The notes under the pieces were generated by a model. The model was not told the DNA's origin, did not search any database, and was given only the letters and a program-made list of their open reading frames with translations. A stretch of 64,000 nucleotides of DNA, taken from contig JAWKTY010000017.1 in NCBI GenBank assembly GCA_041398865.1, forward strand, positions 71,499 to 135,498. Reading direction: 5' to 3'. Within the stretch, counting starts at the first letter, position 1. The number at the start of each line of letters is the position of its first letter. Source of the stretch: Planctomycetaceae bacterium (GTDB lineage: Bacteria > Planctomycetota > Planctomycetia > Planctomycetales > Planctomycetaceae). A program made the position numbers and the translations under genes. This document shows, piece after piece, positions 33,930-45,538 of this stretch.

Positions 33930-34619
33930 ATGAAGTCGTATTTGATTTCCGGTGTTGTGCTGCTTTCGCTGCCGTTTCAGGCGGCGTGTGCTCAGGTGAA
34001 TACTCAGCGAGGCGCCGTTCTGGGCGGACTGGCCGGAGCGGCCGCTGGAGCCGCGATCGGTGACCACAACCACAATGCCGGTGCCGGAGCTCTGATCGGA
34101 GGTGCAGTCGGTCTGGTGACTGGGGGCGTCCTTGGGAATGCCCGAGATCAGCAGCAGGCTCAACAGCGTCAGTATCAATATCAGCAGCAGTACCGGCAAC
34201 AGGTTCAGCAGCAGCAGATTCAACAGCAGCAGATGCTTCGAGCCGTTTCGCCGCAGGACGTCATCGTGATGTCTCGCAGCGGATTGAGCGACGCGGTCAT
34301 CATGAATCATATTCAGGCCAATGGAGTGCGACAGACTCTGCAGGTCGCCGACGTGATTACTCTTCACGAAAACGGGGTCAGCCAGAATGTGATTACGGCC
34401 ATGCAGCAGGCGAAAATCGGCCCCCCATCCACCTATGTCTCGACGCCGGTCACGGTGACAACTCCTGTCTATCAGTCGCCTCCGCCGGTTGTCGTTGAAC
34501 AGTACGTCGTTCCGCAGTACACCTATCCGGCTTATCGGCCGTATTATGCACCAAGGTATTCACCGGGATACGGTGCATCGTTCCACTTTTCAAACGGCCA
34601 TCACCATCATCATCGATAG
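33930..34619 (+). CDS. Glycine-zipper domain secreted protein
   Basis: Signal peptide; GAVLGGLAGAAAGAAIG...GAGALIGGAVGLVTGGVLG; Q-rich linker; DVIVMSRSGLSDAVIMNHI repeats; C-terminal HHHHH. Confidence 0.8.
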   Translation: MKSYLISGVVLLSLPFQAACAQVNTQRGAVLGGLAGAAAGAAIGDHNHNAGAGALIGGAVGLVTGGVLGNARDQQQAQQRQYQYQQQYRQQVQQQQIQQQQMLRAVSPQDVIVMSRSGLSDAVIMNHIQANGVRQTLQVADVITLHENGVSQNVITAMQQAKIGPPSTYVSTPVTVTTPVYQSPPPVVVEQYVVPQYTYPAYRPYYAPRYSPGYGASFHFSNGHHHHHR

Positions 34620-34756
34620 TGACAGGGTCCGGCTGAATCGTCCAATTCCTGCCTGATCTCCCCGATGCCTCTGCAGACTGTTCGCCAGAATCCGTCTGCA
34701 GCAGCTTCGGGTTGTTTTTTTCAGCCTCCTGCTCGCTGACACCAACCGAGGCCCCG

Positions 34757-35479
34757 ATGCAGGCTCATCCGGCTGAATCTCCTCAGACACTTGTCCTCTC
34801 CTATCTCGCCATTCGCCGGGCGATCGGGTATGTCGGCCTGTCACTGCCCATTCTTCTGGGCCCCATCGGATGGCTGGTCCACGGGATTGGCCTGCAGGAG
34901 AATATGAGCAGCTACTACCACACTCCGATGCGTGACATCTTTGTCGGAGTGATGTGTGCGATCGGAATCTTTCTGTTCTGCTATCGGGGTTACAGCCGCT
35001 GGGAAGAATGGACCGGAAACGTCAGCTGTGTTTCAGCAATCGTCATCGCGTTGTGCCCGCTGGATGCCAACAGCGATCCTCTGCATCAGCGAACGTTCGT
35101 TGGCTACATGCACAGTGCGGCCGGAGCTGCCTTCTTCACCACGCTGGCCGTGTATTCGCTCTTCCACTTTCCGCGCCGAAAGTCGGAAGATTCTTTGCCC
35201 GAGACTTCGCACCCATCTGAACTGGACCGTCGGGCCAGAAACCTCGTCTACTATGTCAGCGGCGGAGTCATCGTCCTGTGCCTCATCGCCATGGGAAGCA
35301 GCTTCTTCCTGATGCCGACCCGCTTGCGGGAAACTCTGGACAGCTGGGGCTTCGTCTTCTGGATGGAATGGATTGCCGTCTGGGCGTTTTCCGCCGCATG
35401 GCTGGCCAAGGGTCGAGCTCTCTTTGCTGATGTTGCCGTGCCGCTTGGCAGACTCCAGCAGATCATTCGCCGACGCTGA
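34757..35479 (+). CDS. Integral membrane protein (DUF998-like)
   Basis: RRAIGYVGLSLPILL, SSYYHT.MRDIFVG, MHSAAGAAFF, WMEWIAVWAFSAAWLAKG. Confidence 0.7.
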   Translation: MQAHPAESPQTLVLSYLAIRRAIGYVGLSLPILLGPIGWLVHGIGLQENMSSYYHTPMRDIFVGVMCAIGIFLFCYRGYSRWEEWTGNVSCVSAIVIALCPLDANSDPLHQRTFVGYMHSAAGAAFFTTLAVYSLFHFPRRKSEDSLPETSHPSELDRRARNLVYYVSGGVIVLCLIAMGSSFFLMPTRLRETLDSWGFVFWMEWIAVWAFSAAWLAKGRALFADVAVPLGRLQQIIRRR

Positions 35480-35780
35480 TCCGGACATAGGGTCTGGTCA
35501 GCGTTCGAAGTCAGTCGCTATTCCGGGCGGAGACCGTCGAGCGAGATCTCGAGCCGAAAATCTTCGGCACGGCAACAACCCGGTGCTTCCTGAGTGCCAC
35601 GTCCCCACATTGGCCTGCCGCTGACGGTTGAATGGCATTCACAACATGCTCTAATGGCACGTTAATCGCAGACCGAAAGTGAACGCCGCCGCGCCGGTGA
35701 CAGTCATTTTCCGGTTGGTCCTTTGCCACTCGTGTCGGTGGTGAGACCTGCGTCTGTTCTGAACATTGAAAGGTCTAATC

Positions 35781-37235
35781 ATGAGCGTCCTGAAAGCTCT
35801 GATCCCTCGCTGTGTGCTGATGACCTGTCTGATCCTCACAGGCAGTTCGAGTTTGTTCGGGGAGCAGGCGGACCGGACGCCGAATGTGATTGTGATCTTT
35901 ATCGACGATATGGGTTACGCGGACATCGGTCCTTTCGGCGCCGTTGGTTATGAGACTCCGCATCTGAATCAGATGGCTGCCGAAGGGCGGATTTTTACGG
36001 ACTTCTATGTGACTCAGGCGGTGTGTTCCGCTTCGCGAGCCGGGCTGCTGACGGGGTGTTACAACATCAGAGTCGGGATTGGCGGAGCACTGGGACCACG
36101 TTCAAAGATCGGAATCAGTGACACGGAAGTCACATTGGGAGAAATCGCGAAACAGAAAGGATATGCCACGGCCTGTTTCGGGAAGTGGCATCTGGGCGAC
36201 GCAGAAAAGTTCCTGCCGCTGCAGCACGGCTTCGACGAGTATTTCGGGCTGCCATACAGCAATGACATGTGGCCACACCATCCCGGCGTGCTGCATCTGC
36301 CCATGGAAGAGCGTCTGAAACGATGGCCCGAACTTCCGCTGATCGAAGGCAACACGGTCGTCAATCCGAACATGACCGGAAAAGACCAGGAGCAGCTGAC
36401 AACTCAGTACACCGAACACGCTGTCAGCTTCATCAACCGTCACAAAGATCGCCCCTTTTTGCTGTATGTTCCCCACAGCATGGTTCATGTTCCTCTGTAC
36501 GTTTCGGATAAGTTCCGAGGCAAAAGTGAACGAGGTCTGTTCGGCGATGTGATGATGGAAGTGGACTGGTCCGTGGGACAGATTCTGGACGCTGTTCGTG
36601 CTCATCAGCTTTCCGAACATACCCTGGTCATCTTCACCGCCGACAACGGTCCGTGGCTGAGTTATGGCAACCACGCCGGCAGCGCCGGACCGCTGAGAGA
36701 AGGCAAGGGAACGATGTTTGAAGGAGGCTGTCGCGAAAGCTGTGTGATGTGGTGGCCGGGGAAAATTCCCGCCGGCACTCAGTGCTCAGAACCCGCAATG
36801 ACCATCGATGTTCTGCCAACCGTGGCAAGCCTGATTGGAGCGGAACTGCCGAAACACAGAATTGACGGAAAGAACATATGGCCGCTGATGAGCGGTGAAT
36901 CCGGAGCGGTTTCGCCTCACGAAGCCTACTACTTCTACTACGGACGGAAACTGGAAGCGATTCGCAGCGGTCAGTGGAAACTGCACTTTCCTCATAGCTA
37001 CCGAACACTGGCCGGTCGCCCCGGAGGCAAAGACGGCCTGCCCGCCAACTACCAGCAGGCAACCATCGGACTGGAACTGTTCGATCTGCACCACGACATT
37101 TCTGAAACCACCAACGTTGCAGACCAGCACCCGGACGTCGTGCAGCGACTGAGTGCTCTGGCGGACACCATGAGAAAAGATCTGGGCGACGAAAAAATGC
37201 CCGGCACCGGAATCCGTCCGGCCGGGAAACTCTGA
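35781..37235 (+). CDS. Arylsulfatase-family (S1) sulfatase
   Basis: [25 protein letters not shown] (FGly Cys), [22 protein letters not shown]. Confidence 0.95.
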   Translation: MSVLKALIPRCVLMTCLILTGSSSLFGEQADRTPNVIVIFIDDMGYADIGPFGAVGYETPHLNQMAAEGRIFTDFYVTQAVCSASRAGLLTGCYNIRVGIGGALGPRSKIGISDTEVTLGEIAKQKGYATACFGKWHLGDAEKFLPLQHGFDEYFGLPYSNDMWPHHPGVLHLPMEERLKRWPELPLIEGNTVVNPNMTGKDQEQLTTQYTEHAVSFINRHKDRPFLLYVPHSMVHVPLYVSDKFRGKSERGLFGDVMMEVDWSVGQILDAVRAHQLSEHTLVIFTADNGPWLSYGNHAGSAGPLREGKGTMFEGGCRESCVMWWPGKIPAGTQCSEPAMTIDVLPTVASLIGAELPKHRIDGKNIWPLMSGESGAVSPHEAYYFYYGRKLEAIRSGQWKLHFPHSYRTLAGRPGGKDGLPANYQQATIGLELFDLHHDISETTNVADQHPDVVQRLSALADTMRKDLGDEKMPGTGIRPAGKL

Positions 37236-37390
37236 CGCTCACCGCACACCAAATCTCAACTGCAACTCGCCCCCGCGACTCATCCGTCGGCACCGAGCCA
37301 CGAACCGTTTCTTTGCCACAAAATGCCCGCCCCGTTGCTGGAATTCCCGATTCCCGATCGCTAGACTCCGCCCCTGTGCCAAATGCACAC

Positions 37391-37463
37391 GCTCCTATAG
37401 CTCAATTGGTAGAGCAAATGACTCTTAATCATTAGGTTCAAGGTTCGAGTCCTTGTGGGAGCA
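37391..37463 (+). tRNA. tRNA-Lys(CTT)
   Basis: Acceptor stem GCTCCTA/TGGGAGC, D-arm TAGCTCAATTGGTAGAGC, anticodon arm AATGA-CTCTTAA-TCATT, T-loop GGTTCGAGTCC; CCA not encoded. Confidence 0.95.
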
Positions 37464-37466
37464 CTG

Positions 37467-37495
37467 GCCGTCTCTTTTCAGAGGCGGCTTTTTTT
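37467..37495 (+). terminator. Rho-independent terminator after the tRNA
   Basis: GCCGTCTCT-tttc-AGAGGCGGC followed by T7. Confidence 0.75.
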
Positions 37496-37728
37496 GTTTG
37501 GTAGCGGGGGGTTTGGGCATTTTTGCCCGATTCTTTTTCCCGTGGTCCGGCTTCTCCCTGAGCCTTCATTGCATGCGTGGGCGGCCTGCAGGTTGGCCAA
37601 GATTATTCGGCTGAGTGCTGGTGGAACACATTCGCCGGCCTGCGTCCGATGTGCATGGACCGAGGGCTGAGAACTGCTGCCGAACTCGCCGTGCGGATGC
37701 GGGGACGGGTTCCGGCGGCTACACATTG

Positions 37729-39249
37729 TCAGAGGTTGTACAGAGGGCGGAATCGGTCGTTCAGGTGTTTCATCAGCGGGCGGTTGGACAGTGGTTTTCC
37801 GGTGACGACTTCCACCAGCCGACCTGCCGTGAAACGCTGCCCGTGTTGATGGATATGTTCCCGAAGCCACTGCAGCAGGGGCTGAAAGTCGCCTCGGCAA
37901 AACAGTTCCGGCAGGTTACCGATCTGCAGGCCAGCGGTTTCGAAGAACTGTGCTGCGTACATGTTGCCCAGCGCGTATGTCGGGAAATATCCCAGAAGAC
38001 CGGCGCTCCAGTGGATGTCCTGGAGGCAGCCGTCAGCATCGCTGGGCGGGACCATTCCGAAGTCTTCCAGGAACCGACTGTTCCATGCTTCGGGGACGTC
38101 GTCAGGTTTCAGGCGGCCCGCAAGAAGATCCCGTTCGAGATCAAACCTCAGCATGATATGCAGGTTGTAGGTCACTTCGTCGGCTTCGACTCGAATCAGT
38201 GAAGGCGTGACGGCGTTGATGGCAAGCTGGAATGCATCCGCTGGGGTGCTGCTCAGAGCTTCCGGGAACACCTGTTGTGCTCGAGGGTAAAAATACCTCC
38301 AGAAGTCGGCGCTGCGTCCAACGAGGTTTTCCCAGAGACGACTCTGCGATTCGTGAATTCCCAGCGACACGAAACTTCCCAGCGGCGTTCCGAACGCCGA
38401 TTCCGTCAGGCCCTGTTCGTATAATCCATGGCCGGATTCGTGCAGAGTTCCGAAGAATGCGGAGGGAAAGAAGTGCTCGTCATACCGCGTCGTGAGGCGA
38501 CAGTCTCCGGGACCGAAGCCGCTGCAGAACGGATGTGTGGTCACATCAAGGCGGCCTCGGGAAAAGTCGAAACCGATGGCGGCCGCAGCTTGTCGGCAGA
38601 ACTCCGATTGCCGATCCACGGGGAAACTTCGCCGCAGGATGGATGTCTCCGGCCTGACGGAAGAGCCTCGAATCGCATCCAGCAGCGGCACCAGTTCGTT
38701 CCGCAGCGCGTGGAACACCGCCGCCACTTCCCGACTCGACGCTCCGGGTTCGTATTCGGCCAAAAGAGCGTCATAGGGTTCTCCGTCGTCTGCGAAACCG
38801 GCAGCGGCAGCTTCTTCACGTTTCAGACTGATGATTTGATTCAGCCACGGAGCGAATTTTCGGAAGTCTTTCTGAGTGCGGGATTCGGCCCAGTGATGCT
38901 GTGCCAATGCCGTGACCCGGGAAATTTCTTCCACAAGTCGCTGAGGCAGTCGGCGCGAGCGTTCGAATGTTCTTCGGATCTCCCGGATATTGGCCGCACT
39001 GTCTGAATCATCGGCATCCGTCAGTTCGCTGTCCGACAGATGATCGAGAAGTTCACCGATGGCCGGGTCGGTTGCCCATTCGTGAGTCAGTCCCGCCAGA
39101 AGACTCAGCTGGTTGGCTCGATGTTCATTACCGCCGACAGGCATATACGTCTCGCGATCCCAGCCCAGCACCGCTCCGCACGAAGCCAGCGTCGCCGCCC
39201 TGCGAACTCGAACCAGTAACTGCTGATAAAGGGATTGCGGGTCTGACAT
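37729..39249 (-). CDS. Carboxypeptidase M32 (thermostable carboxypeptidase 1 family)
   Basis: WDRETYMP, HPF, DCRLTTRY, GTLHESGHGLYEQG, GIHESQS, IRVEADE, GCLQDIHWS, GYFPTYALG. Confidence 0.95.
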   Translation of the reverse strand: MSDPQSLYQQLLVRVRRAATLASCGAVLGWDRETYMPVGGNEHRANQLSLLAGLTHEWATDPAIGELLDHLSDSELTDADDSDSAANIREIRRTFERSRRLPQRLVEEISRVTALAQHHWAESRTQKDFRKFAPWLNQIISLKREEAAAAGFADDGEPYDALLAEYEPGASSREVAAVFHALRNELVPLLDAIRGSSVRPETSILRRSFPVDRQSEFCRQAAAAIGFDFSRGRLDVTTHPFCSGFGPGDCRLTTRYDEHFFPSAFFGTLHESGHGLYEQGLTESAFGTPLGSFVSLGIHESQSRLWENLVGRSADFWRYFYPRAQQVFPEALSSTPADAFQLAINAVTPSLIRVEADEVTYNLHIMLRFDLERDLLAGRLKPDDVPEAWNSRFLEDFGMVPPSDADGCLQDIHWSAGLLGYFPTYALGNMYAAQFFETAGLQIGNLPELFCRGDFQPLLQWLREHIHQHGQRFTAGRLVEVVTGKPLSNRPLMKHLNDRFRPLYNL

Positions 39250-39362
39250 TTTTTTGTGAGCGAAGGGGGGAAGGGGCAGGCAGAAACGAAACCGGACGCC
39301 GATTCAGGCGTCCGATTTGTGGATTGCTGTCGAGTGTCTGAAGATATCAGATTTCGGCCGGG

Positions 39363-41165
39363 CTATTCCAGGATCATGTCCTTGACCCGAGCACCGGAAG
39401 GAATCATGGGCAGGACGTGCTCCTGATAGACGCAGAGCGCGTCCAGCAGATACGGACCGTCGTGATTGATCATTTCGGTGACCGCCTGGATGAAGTCCTT
39501 CTTTGTGCGAACCTGACGTCCTTTAATTCCGTAGCCTTCCGCAATCTTCACGAAATTCGGATAGGTGATGTCAGGCAGACTGCCGTCGCCGTCACCGAGA
39601 GCTTCCGGATGGTCGACCGGTCCGAGATATGTGTGAGCTCGACGGCCATCCATGAAGCGATCTTCCCACTGCGTCACCATTCCCAGATGCTGATTGTTGA
39701 GCAACAGCGTCTTCACCGGAAGGTCCTCACACTTCAGAGTCGCCAGTTCCTGAATGTTCATCTGATAGGAGCCATCGCCATCGATGTCGATAACCAGCGC
39801 GTCCGGATGGGCTGTCTGAACGCCCATAGCTGCCGGCAGGCCGAAGCCCATGGTTCCCAGACCGGAACTGCTGAGGAAATGGCGAGGCTTGCTGAACTTG
39901 TAGAACTGAGCCGTCCACATCTGGTGCTGACCGACGCCGACGGTAATGAACGGGTCGCGATCTTTGGTCTGCCGATACAGTTCCTCAATGGCCCACTGCT
40001 GCTGAATGTCCTGACCGACATCCCGATACGACAGCGGATGCTGTTTTTTCCAGCCCGCGATCTTATCTCGCCATTCATCAATCTGTGGAATGTCGGCGTC
40101 TGTCAGGGCGGCGTTCAGAGCCACCAGAAACTGCTTCAGGTCGGCATTGATCGGGATGTGAGCTTCCTTGTTCTTATGAATTTCCGACGGATCAATGTCG
40201 ACGTGCACGATCTTGCCGTGCTTCGCAAATTCGTCCAGCTTTCCGGTGACTCGATCATCAAAACGTACACCGAAGGCCAGCAGCAGGTCTGATTCATCCA
40301 CAGCATAGTTGGCATAGGCTGTGCCGTGCATGCCGAGCATATGCAGAGACTGAGGATCCTCACCTGGAAAAGCTCCCAGACCCATCACTGTCATGGCAAC
40401 GGGAATCCCGGTTCGGTAGGCGAACTTTTTGAGTTCTTCCGACGCTTCGCTCAGGATACAGCCGCCCCCGACATACAGCACGGGACGTCGAGACCGTCGA
40501 ATGGCCGCGACCACCTGGCTGATCTGTTCCGGAGCGGCTTTGCGAATTTCCGGCCGATAGCCGGGCAGTTCAAACGGCGGATCGAAGTCGACGTCGCTGA
40601 GCGGCAGTGTGGCCTGCTGAACATCTTTCGGAACGTCGATCAGAACGGGGCCGGGTCGACCTGTCGCAGCGACGTGGAAGGCTTCCTTGACGACTCGGGC
40701 AACGTCACGGATATCCGTGATCATATAATGATGTTTCGTGATGGCTCGGCAGACTTCCACAATTGGAGTCTCCTGAAACGCATCCGTCCCGATGAACTTC
40801 TGCGGAACCTGCCCGGTGATGGCCACCATGGGAATGCTGTCCAGCTTCGCGTCAGCAATTCCGGTCACCAGATTCGTCGCACCCGGACCGCTGGTTGCCA
40901 TGCAGACACCGACCTTGCCGGTCGAGCGAGCGATCCCCTGTGCCGCGAACGTTCCGCCCTGTTCGTGGCGAGGCAGGATGGTGCGAATTCGATCCCGCTG
41001 AGCTCGCAGAGCCTGATGCAGCGGCATACTGCATCCGCCGGGGTACGCGAAAATGTATTCGGCCCCCATCCGAACCAGCATCTCCACCAGGATTTCGGCG
41101 CCGTTGATGGTTTCGACTGCGGTTTCGTGTTCGATGGTTGACAAGGGAATAACCTCAGAAGTCAA
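39363..41165 (-). CDS. ilvB: Acetolactate synthase large (catalytic) subunit
   Basis: [63 protein letters not shown] (ThDP motif). Confidence 0.97.
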   Translation of the reverse strand: MTSEVIPLSTIEHETAVETINGAEILVEMLVRMGAEYIFAYPGGCSMPLHQALRAQRDRIRTILPRHEQGGTFAAQGIARSTGKVGVCMATSGPGATNLVTGIADAKLDSIPMVAITGQVPQKFIGTDAFQETPIVEVCRAITKHHYMITDIRDVARVVKEAFHVAATGRPGPVLIDVPKDVQQATLPLSDVDFDPPFELPGYRPEIRKAAPEQISQVVAAIRRSRRPVLYVGGGCILSEASEELKKFAYRTGIPVAMTVMGLGAFPGEDPQSLHMLGMHGTAYANYAVDESDLLLAFGVRFDDRVTGKLDEFAKHGKIVHVDIDPSEIHKNKEAHIPINADLKQFLVALNAALTDADIPQIDEWRDKIAGWKKQHPLSYRDVGQDIQQQWAIEELYRQTKDRDPFITVGVGQHQMWTAQFYKFSKPRHFLSSSGLGTMGFGLPAAMGVQTAHPDALVIDIDGDGSYQMNIQELATLKCEDLPVKTLLLNNQHLGMVTQWEDRFMDGRRAHTYLGPVDHPEALGDGDGSLPDITYPNFVKIAEGYGIKGRQVRTKKDFIQAVTEMINHDGPYLLDALCVYQEHVLPMIPSGARVKDMILE

Positions 41166-41477
41166 AGGTGCGACGGAAATTCTGAATCAAGATCAGCGCG
41201 GCGACGATTCGGTTGGGAGACCAGACTGCCTGCCACAGACAGCAGCAGAGACACTGAATCAGGCCCCGGTCCTGTGAGGCGGCGAAAATCCGCCACGCTT
41301 TGCTCAGTTTACGCCTCCCCTGCCTGCCCTTCGACCCCGGATTGCCCCGGATTCGCTCGAATGAGGGGATTCCCGGGCCTGAAACCGAAAAACCAGCCTA
41401 TGTCGAATCCTCTCTGGCGAATCCGACTCATGGCGGCCGAAAAACCGACCAGTTTCCGGAGCCCTTTGCGTTGGCGC

Positions 41478-41514
41478 AAAAAAAAAGGCCGAATCGGACC
41501 GTCCCGATTCGACC
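41478..41514 (-). terminator. Rho-independent terminator downstream of the DUF3467 gene
   Basis: On the minus strand GGTCGAATCGG-gacggt-CCGATTCGGCC followed by T9. Confidence 0.8.
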
Positions 41515-41540
41515 TGTCATTGACCAGCCTGAAACCTGCG

Positions 41541-41948
41541 CTATGCGTTCGGTCCGTCAACCGGAGCCGTTCGAACTCGTTTGCGAACGTCGGTTTCCAG
41601 AACGCCAAAGGCCTGCTCGTGCCGCTGCAGAGCCATCGACAGAGCACTCCACAGTCGCTTTGCGGTGAAGTGGTTCAGAATGATTCGCTGTGTGACCTTC
41701 ACATCCACTTTGCCGGTGGCATAGGGAGTTGGGTTCAGACCCAGGTCCAGAATCAGCTCTTCCGGCGTACTTGAGACTCGGCAGAAGTTGGCGTATCCCG
41801 CGTTCGCGGAACTGTCGTCAACAACCACTTCCTGAGTCTGCTGAGGTTCCGGAGCCGGCGCTGGCTTTGCCGCGGCGGCCTTGGGGGCAGTTGCTTCTTT
41901 TGTCTTCTCGTCAGCCACTTTGTTACTCCTAACTTTCTTGATTGCCAT
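41541..41948 (-). CDS. DUF3467 domain protein
   Basis: [19 protein letters not shown]...[12 protein letters not shown]...[10 protein letters not shown]. Confidence 0.85.
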   Translation of the reverse strand: MAIKKVRSNKVADEKTKEATAPKAAAAKPAPAPEPQQTQEVVVDDSSANAGYANFCRVSSTPEELILDLGLNPTPYATGKVDVKVTQRIILNHFTAKRLWSALSMALQRHEQAFGVLETDVRKRVRTAPVDGPNA

Positions 41949-42345
41949 AACCAGGCTTTCTCTTGACCTGAGCGTCATCCGCTGCTGCCTGAGACGCATT
42001 CGTCAAGGACTTATAACACGCAACATCGACGATCGCAACGTGTTGCAGCAACTCTTTACAACCCAATTGCTGATGCTGCTTAGGGTTAGGTAAACAGGGA
42101 AGGACAGGTTGTTCACCGTGCCTCTCGAACGGCAGAAACAGGCGAGCGGAATGGCCATGGCGAGGACAGGCCCGGTTCCTGTTTTTCAGGCGATGCTGCG
42201 TAACGATGACGCACAGTCAGGGGCGGCAGCGAATTCAACAGTCGCAAACACTCGGACTTTGGCTGGCACGGACTTTGCTTTAGAAGGGTGATCGAAGGAG
42301 ACACTCACACCGTGACTCTTTGTTCAGGAGAACGCCAATGTCCAC

Positions 42346-42663
42346 ATGCATTGCCTCGTCCGTCGCAACTGGTTTTCCGCCATGCTGGTGCTGATCGGAT
42401 GTATTTCTCTTTACGACGCGTTTCTGGTGGTTCTGTTCAAAGATACCATCCAGCAGCTGGAACGAAATCCGATCGGTCAATGGCTGATCGAAATCGCCAA
42501 TGGAGACGTGACGGTTTTTGTGCGAGCCAAGTTGGCGGGAACTCTGCTGGTGCTGTCCGTTCTGGTTGCGATGAGGCGCTGTCGCAGCAGATCAACAATG
42601 CCCGTGACCAATTCCATCGCAGCCTGCCAGACAGGACTTCTGGGGTACCTGACTCTGGCCTGA
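42346..42663 (+). CDS. Small membrane protein
   Basis: Three hydrophobic helices, LERNPIGQWLI; the true start may be the ATG at 42338 (better RBS spacing) if a base is missing. Confidence 0.65.
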   Translation: MHCLVRRNWFSAMLVLIGCISLYDAFLVVLFKDTIQQLERNPIGQWLIEIANGDVTVFVRAKLAGTLLVLSVLVAMRRCRSRSTMPVTNSIAACQTGLLGYLTLA

Positions 42664-43053
42664 ACTTACGAGCCGACTCAAACGGGACGGTATCGCGTCA
42701 GTTGCCCCGCGGTGTTTGTGATGTCTGAGTTCGTGAGATTTCAGGCCGAGGTGCGGGGCGTTCCGCGCATCAGGGGTAGATTTGGTCCGGTTGCCGTCTT
42801 CCCGAGGCTCGCGAGGCGTTCCTGGAAGGATACCGGTTGGCACCGAATCTGTGGGGAGCTCAGAAAGCTGGGCCGGAGCGGTCAGGTGCTGAATGCTGAG
42901 TCTGAGTTGAGCGTGCATCTCCAGCATCAGGTCAACCTGGAAGTATTGCCGACTGACGGACCGCTTCATGTCCAGAGTCTGTTTCTCCAGCACGATTCCG
43001 ATCATCGAAACCATCACGACCAGAATCAAAGCAGACACAAAACGGAAAAACAT
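42592..43053 (-). CDS. Hypothetical protein with N-terminal TM helix and coiled coil
   Basis: FRFVSALILVVMVSMIGIVLEKQ then a heptad-like segment; the C-terminus is low-complexity and overlaps the opposite gene. Confidence 0.5.
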   Translation of the reverse strand: MFFRFVSALILVVMVSMIGIVLEKQTLDMKRSVSRQYFQVDLMLEMHAQLRLSIQHLTAPAQLSELPTDSVPTGILPGTPREPREDGNRTKSTPDARNAPHLGLKSHELRHHKHRGATDAIPSRLSRLVSSGQSQVPQKSCLAGCDGIGHGHC

Positions 43054-43162
43054 CTGAAACGTCGTCCTGAAAAACACCGTCAGGCGTGGCAGGAACGATC
43101 TTGGACGTTCCATTGATCACGTGTCCGCACCGGCTGTGCTCAAGATTCTCAGTCTGTTGTCT

Positions 43163-43221
43163 GCAGGTCAGGCTCCTGCCTGACAATCTGATCAAAGCCG
43201 TCAGGTCTGAACCTGACCTGG
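43163..43221. repeat. REPIN-like element (GTCAGGCTCCTGCCTGAC family)
   Basis: GCAG-GTCAGGCTCCTGCCTGAC, 15-nt spacer, GTCAGGTCTGAACCTGAC-CTGG. Confidence 0.8.
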
Positions 43222-43316
43222 TGGGCCTACAACCTCGTCACGCCGACCGGTACTGGCAGAGCCAGTGGCACACTCCCAAACCCGGTTCCAAAAGCGGGGT
43301 ATGACGGAAAGCCGAG

Positions 43317-44164
43317 TCAGGCGGCTTCGGCGGATTCTGTGACTTCGAATACGGGCTGAGTTCCCTGTCCGGCGGCGCTCATGGCCAGAACTTCCTTTGC
43401 CAGGTCGGCATAATCCTTCGCTCCGGGACACGTCGGAGAGTAATCGAAAATCGACTGTCCAAAACTGGGAGCCTCTGCCAGTTTAATATTCCGGCGAACG
43501 CGGGTTCTGAAGATGCGAGCATTCGCCCACGGAGTATCTCTGTCGCTGGCCGTCAGAAAGTGTTTCAGATCGGCGGTGACGTCCACGGCCAGACGAGTCC
43601 CGGATTCATACAGACACATGGCGACCCCGGTGACTCGAAGTTCTCGATTCAAACGACGAGTGACCAGAGCTGTGGTTTCAAACAGTTTCGAAAGCCCCTG
43701 CAGAGCAAAAAAGTGAGGCTGCAGTGGGATGAGCACTTCCGTGACGGCACACAGAGCATTGATGGTCAGAACTCCCAGCGAAGGTGGGCAGTCCATGATC
43801 ACATAGTCAAAGCGGTTCTGCTGCTTCCAGTGTTTCAGAGAATCCCGCAGAATGAATTCGCGGCCCGGAGTTGCGGCGAGCTCCACTTCCACCGCGGCCA
43901 GGTCAATGTTGGACGGAAGAATGGACAGGTTTTCAGCAACCAGTTGCCGAGCATCATCCGCTCCGACTTTGCCCGAGAACACATCGTAGATTGTGATGCT
44001 GCCCGGACCGCAGTCCAGCCCCAGATGAAACGAAGCGTGGCCCTGAGGGTCCATGTCCACCACACAGACTCGACAACCCGACCGCGCCAGAGCAGCCGCG
44101 AGATTGACGCTGGTTGTCGTCTTCCCGACGCCTCCTTTTGATTCATGACCGCAATGGTTCGCAT
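43317..44164 (-). CDS. ParA/Soj family ATPase (frameshift at ~44137)
   Basis: [10 protein letters not shown] then, with one base restored, [13 protein letters not shown]; [43 protein letters not shown]. Confidence 0.9.
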
Positions 44165-44185
44165 ATCCGCTCCTCTTCGTGAGAC

Positions 44186-44209
44186 GTGGGCCATGCCCAC
44201 ACTCGATTC
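44186..44209. repeat. Solo copy of the GTGGGC..GCCCAC palindrome family
   Basis: GTGGGCCATGCCCAC followed by ACTCGATTC, the same flank as the copy at 27915. Confidence 0.6.
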
Positions 44210-44473
44210 CACCTGACGCTCAGCAACGTGACGCTGTCACACAGAAGACCTGATTCATCGCGAACAGGTTTTGTCGGACCGCAAGTCTAACGATCGCAGT
44301 GAAAGCAGGAGAAGACGAGTCCGGTTGGGAAACGTGTTTCCGGGGTTGCCACGTACAACCGGTGCAGTCCGGAACCGAATGAACCGGTGACGACAGGCAT
44401 GTTGCGGATTTCTGTCGGCAGAATCTGCAGATTGACGGTCCAGGACCAGGCCGCCGCGAGATCTCGGGCAGAC

Positions 44474-45538
44474 CTACCTGGTCGATTCCGGAACCGGGCG
44501 GAAGTTCCATTCAGGAGACCCTTTGGGGTCGGGCATGTGCGGTGTCCGGCCCATTCCGAAGTCTTCCGGTTGCAGATCAGCGTTCTTCCAGTATCCGTCT
44601 TCGTTGATGAAGCCGTAGAAGCTGGGATAGAACGGATCAACAAAACTGACGTCGGCTTTCTCGGGAACTTTCTGTCCCGTCAGGAACAGAGCCGCGTTGA
44701 CGACCATCCGTCGCAGATCTTCGCTGACCAGATCCACGGATGCTCCTCCGGTTGTGCAGAACGACGTTCCCGTGCCGCTTCCGTCGGGTCGCTGGTATTC
44801 GTGAATCCAGGCGAAGGGCTGCATCGGGTCATTCTTTTCTCCGGCAATCGGTTCTGAAGCCGGATCCAGAGTTTCCGTTACAGCGCCTCGCATCAGAATG
44901 GTGTCGTGATCAGTCAGGTGCACAACGCCGTAAACATCGCTCGGACAAAAAACGTCTTTGACGCCCCGCAGAATCGGATGCCCGGCCAGATTCGCCTCGA
45001 TCACACCTCGAGCCCCCTGACGCTTGTGAGCTCCATGATGGCTGACCCATTGTTCGCCCAGAACCCTGCGACCGAATTCCCCGAAGCCGATCGTGCCAAA
45101 ATGACCATTTCCGTTGAATGCATGAGTCGCCGTGCGAATGCCAAGAACCGGTTTGCCGGCGTTCAGGAACTTTGTGATATGAGCAGCTCCGGCATCATCC
45201 GGCTGACGAAAACGTGTTCCGATGAGCATCAGATCAGCCGTATCCAGAGCGTCCAGACCACGCAGCCCCGCCTGGTTTCTGGGGTCAATGTAGTCAGCTC
45301 CTTCGGGACCGAATGAAAACAATACTGTGCAGCGGAAGCCATGCCGCACACTTAGAATCTTTGCCAGCATCGGCATGGATTCTTCTGTGCGATACTCCTC
45401 GTCTCCGGCCACCAGCACGATGTGCCCGACGGCTTTGTCGGCCCCTGCGGCAGGTTCGAAGACCAGCGTGTCCGCCGGTGTCGCTGAGTCCGCGCAGACG
45501 ACAAAACACAAAGCCAGTGTGGGGATGATCAACTTCAT
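44474..45538 (-). CDS. ThuA-like (class I glutamine amidotransferase-like fold) secreted protein
   Basis: Signal peptide; HIVLVAGDEEYRTEESMP, GKPVLGIRTATHAF, LGEQWVSHHG. Confidence 0.8.
   Translation of the reverse strand: MKLIIPTLALCFVVCADSATPADTLVFEPAAGADKAVGHIVLVAGDEEYRTEESMPMLAKILSVRHGFRCTVLFSFGPEGADYIDPRNQAGLRGLDALDTADLMLIGTRFRQPDDAGAAHITKFLNAGKPVLGIRTATHAFNGNGHFGTIGFGEFGRRVLGEQWVSHHGAHKRQGARGVIEANLAGHPILRGVKDVFCPSDVYGVVHLTDHDTILMRGAVTETLDPASEPIAGEKNDPMQPFAWIHEYQRPDGSGTGTSFCTTGGASVDLVSEDLRRMVVNAALFLTGQKVPEKADVSFVDPFYPSFYGFINEDGYWKNADLQPEDFGMGRTPHMPDPKGSPEWNFRPVPESTR

Noticed and set aside
37391-39249. Integrative element at tRNA-Lys
   Set aside because: No integrase and no duplicated tRNA 3' end seen; the tRNA is followed by a terminator and a housekeeping peptidase.
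41166-41470. ilv attenuator leader peptide
   Set aside because: No Ile/Leu/Val-rich short ORF with terminator/antiterminator pair is visible upstream of ilvB.
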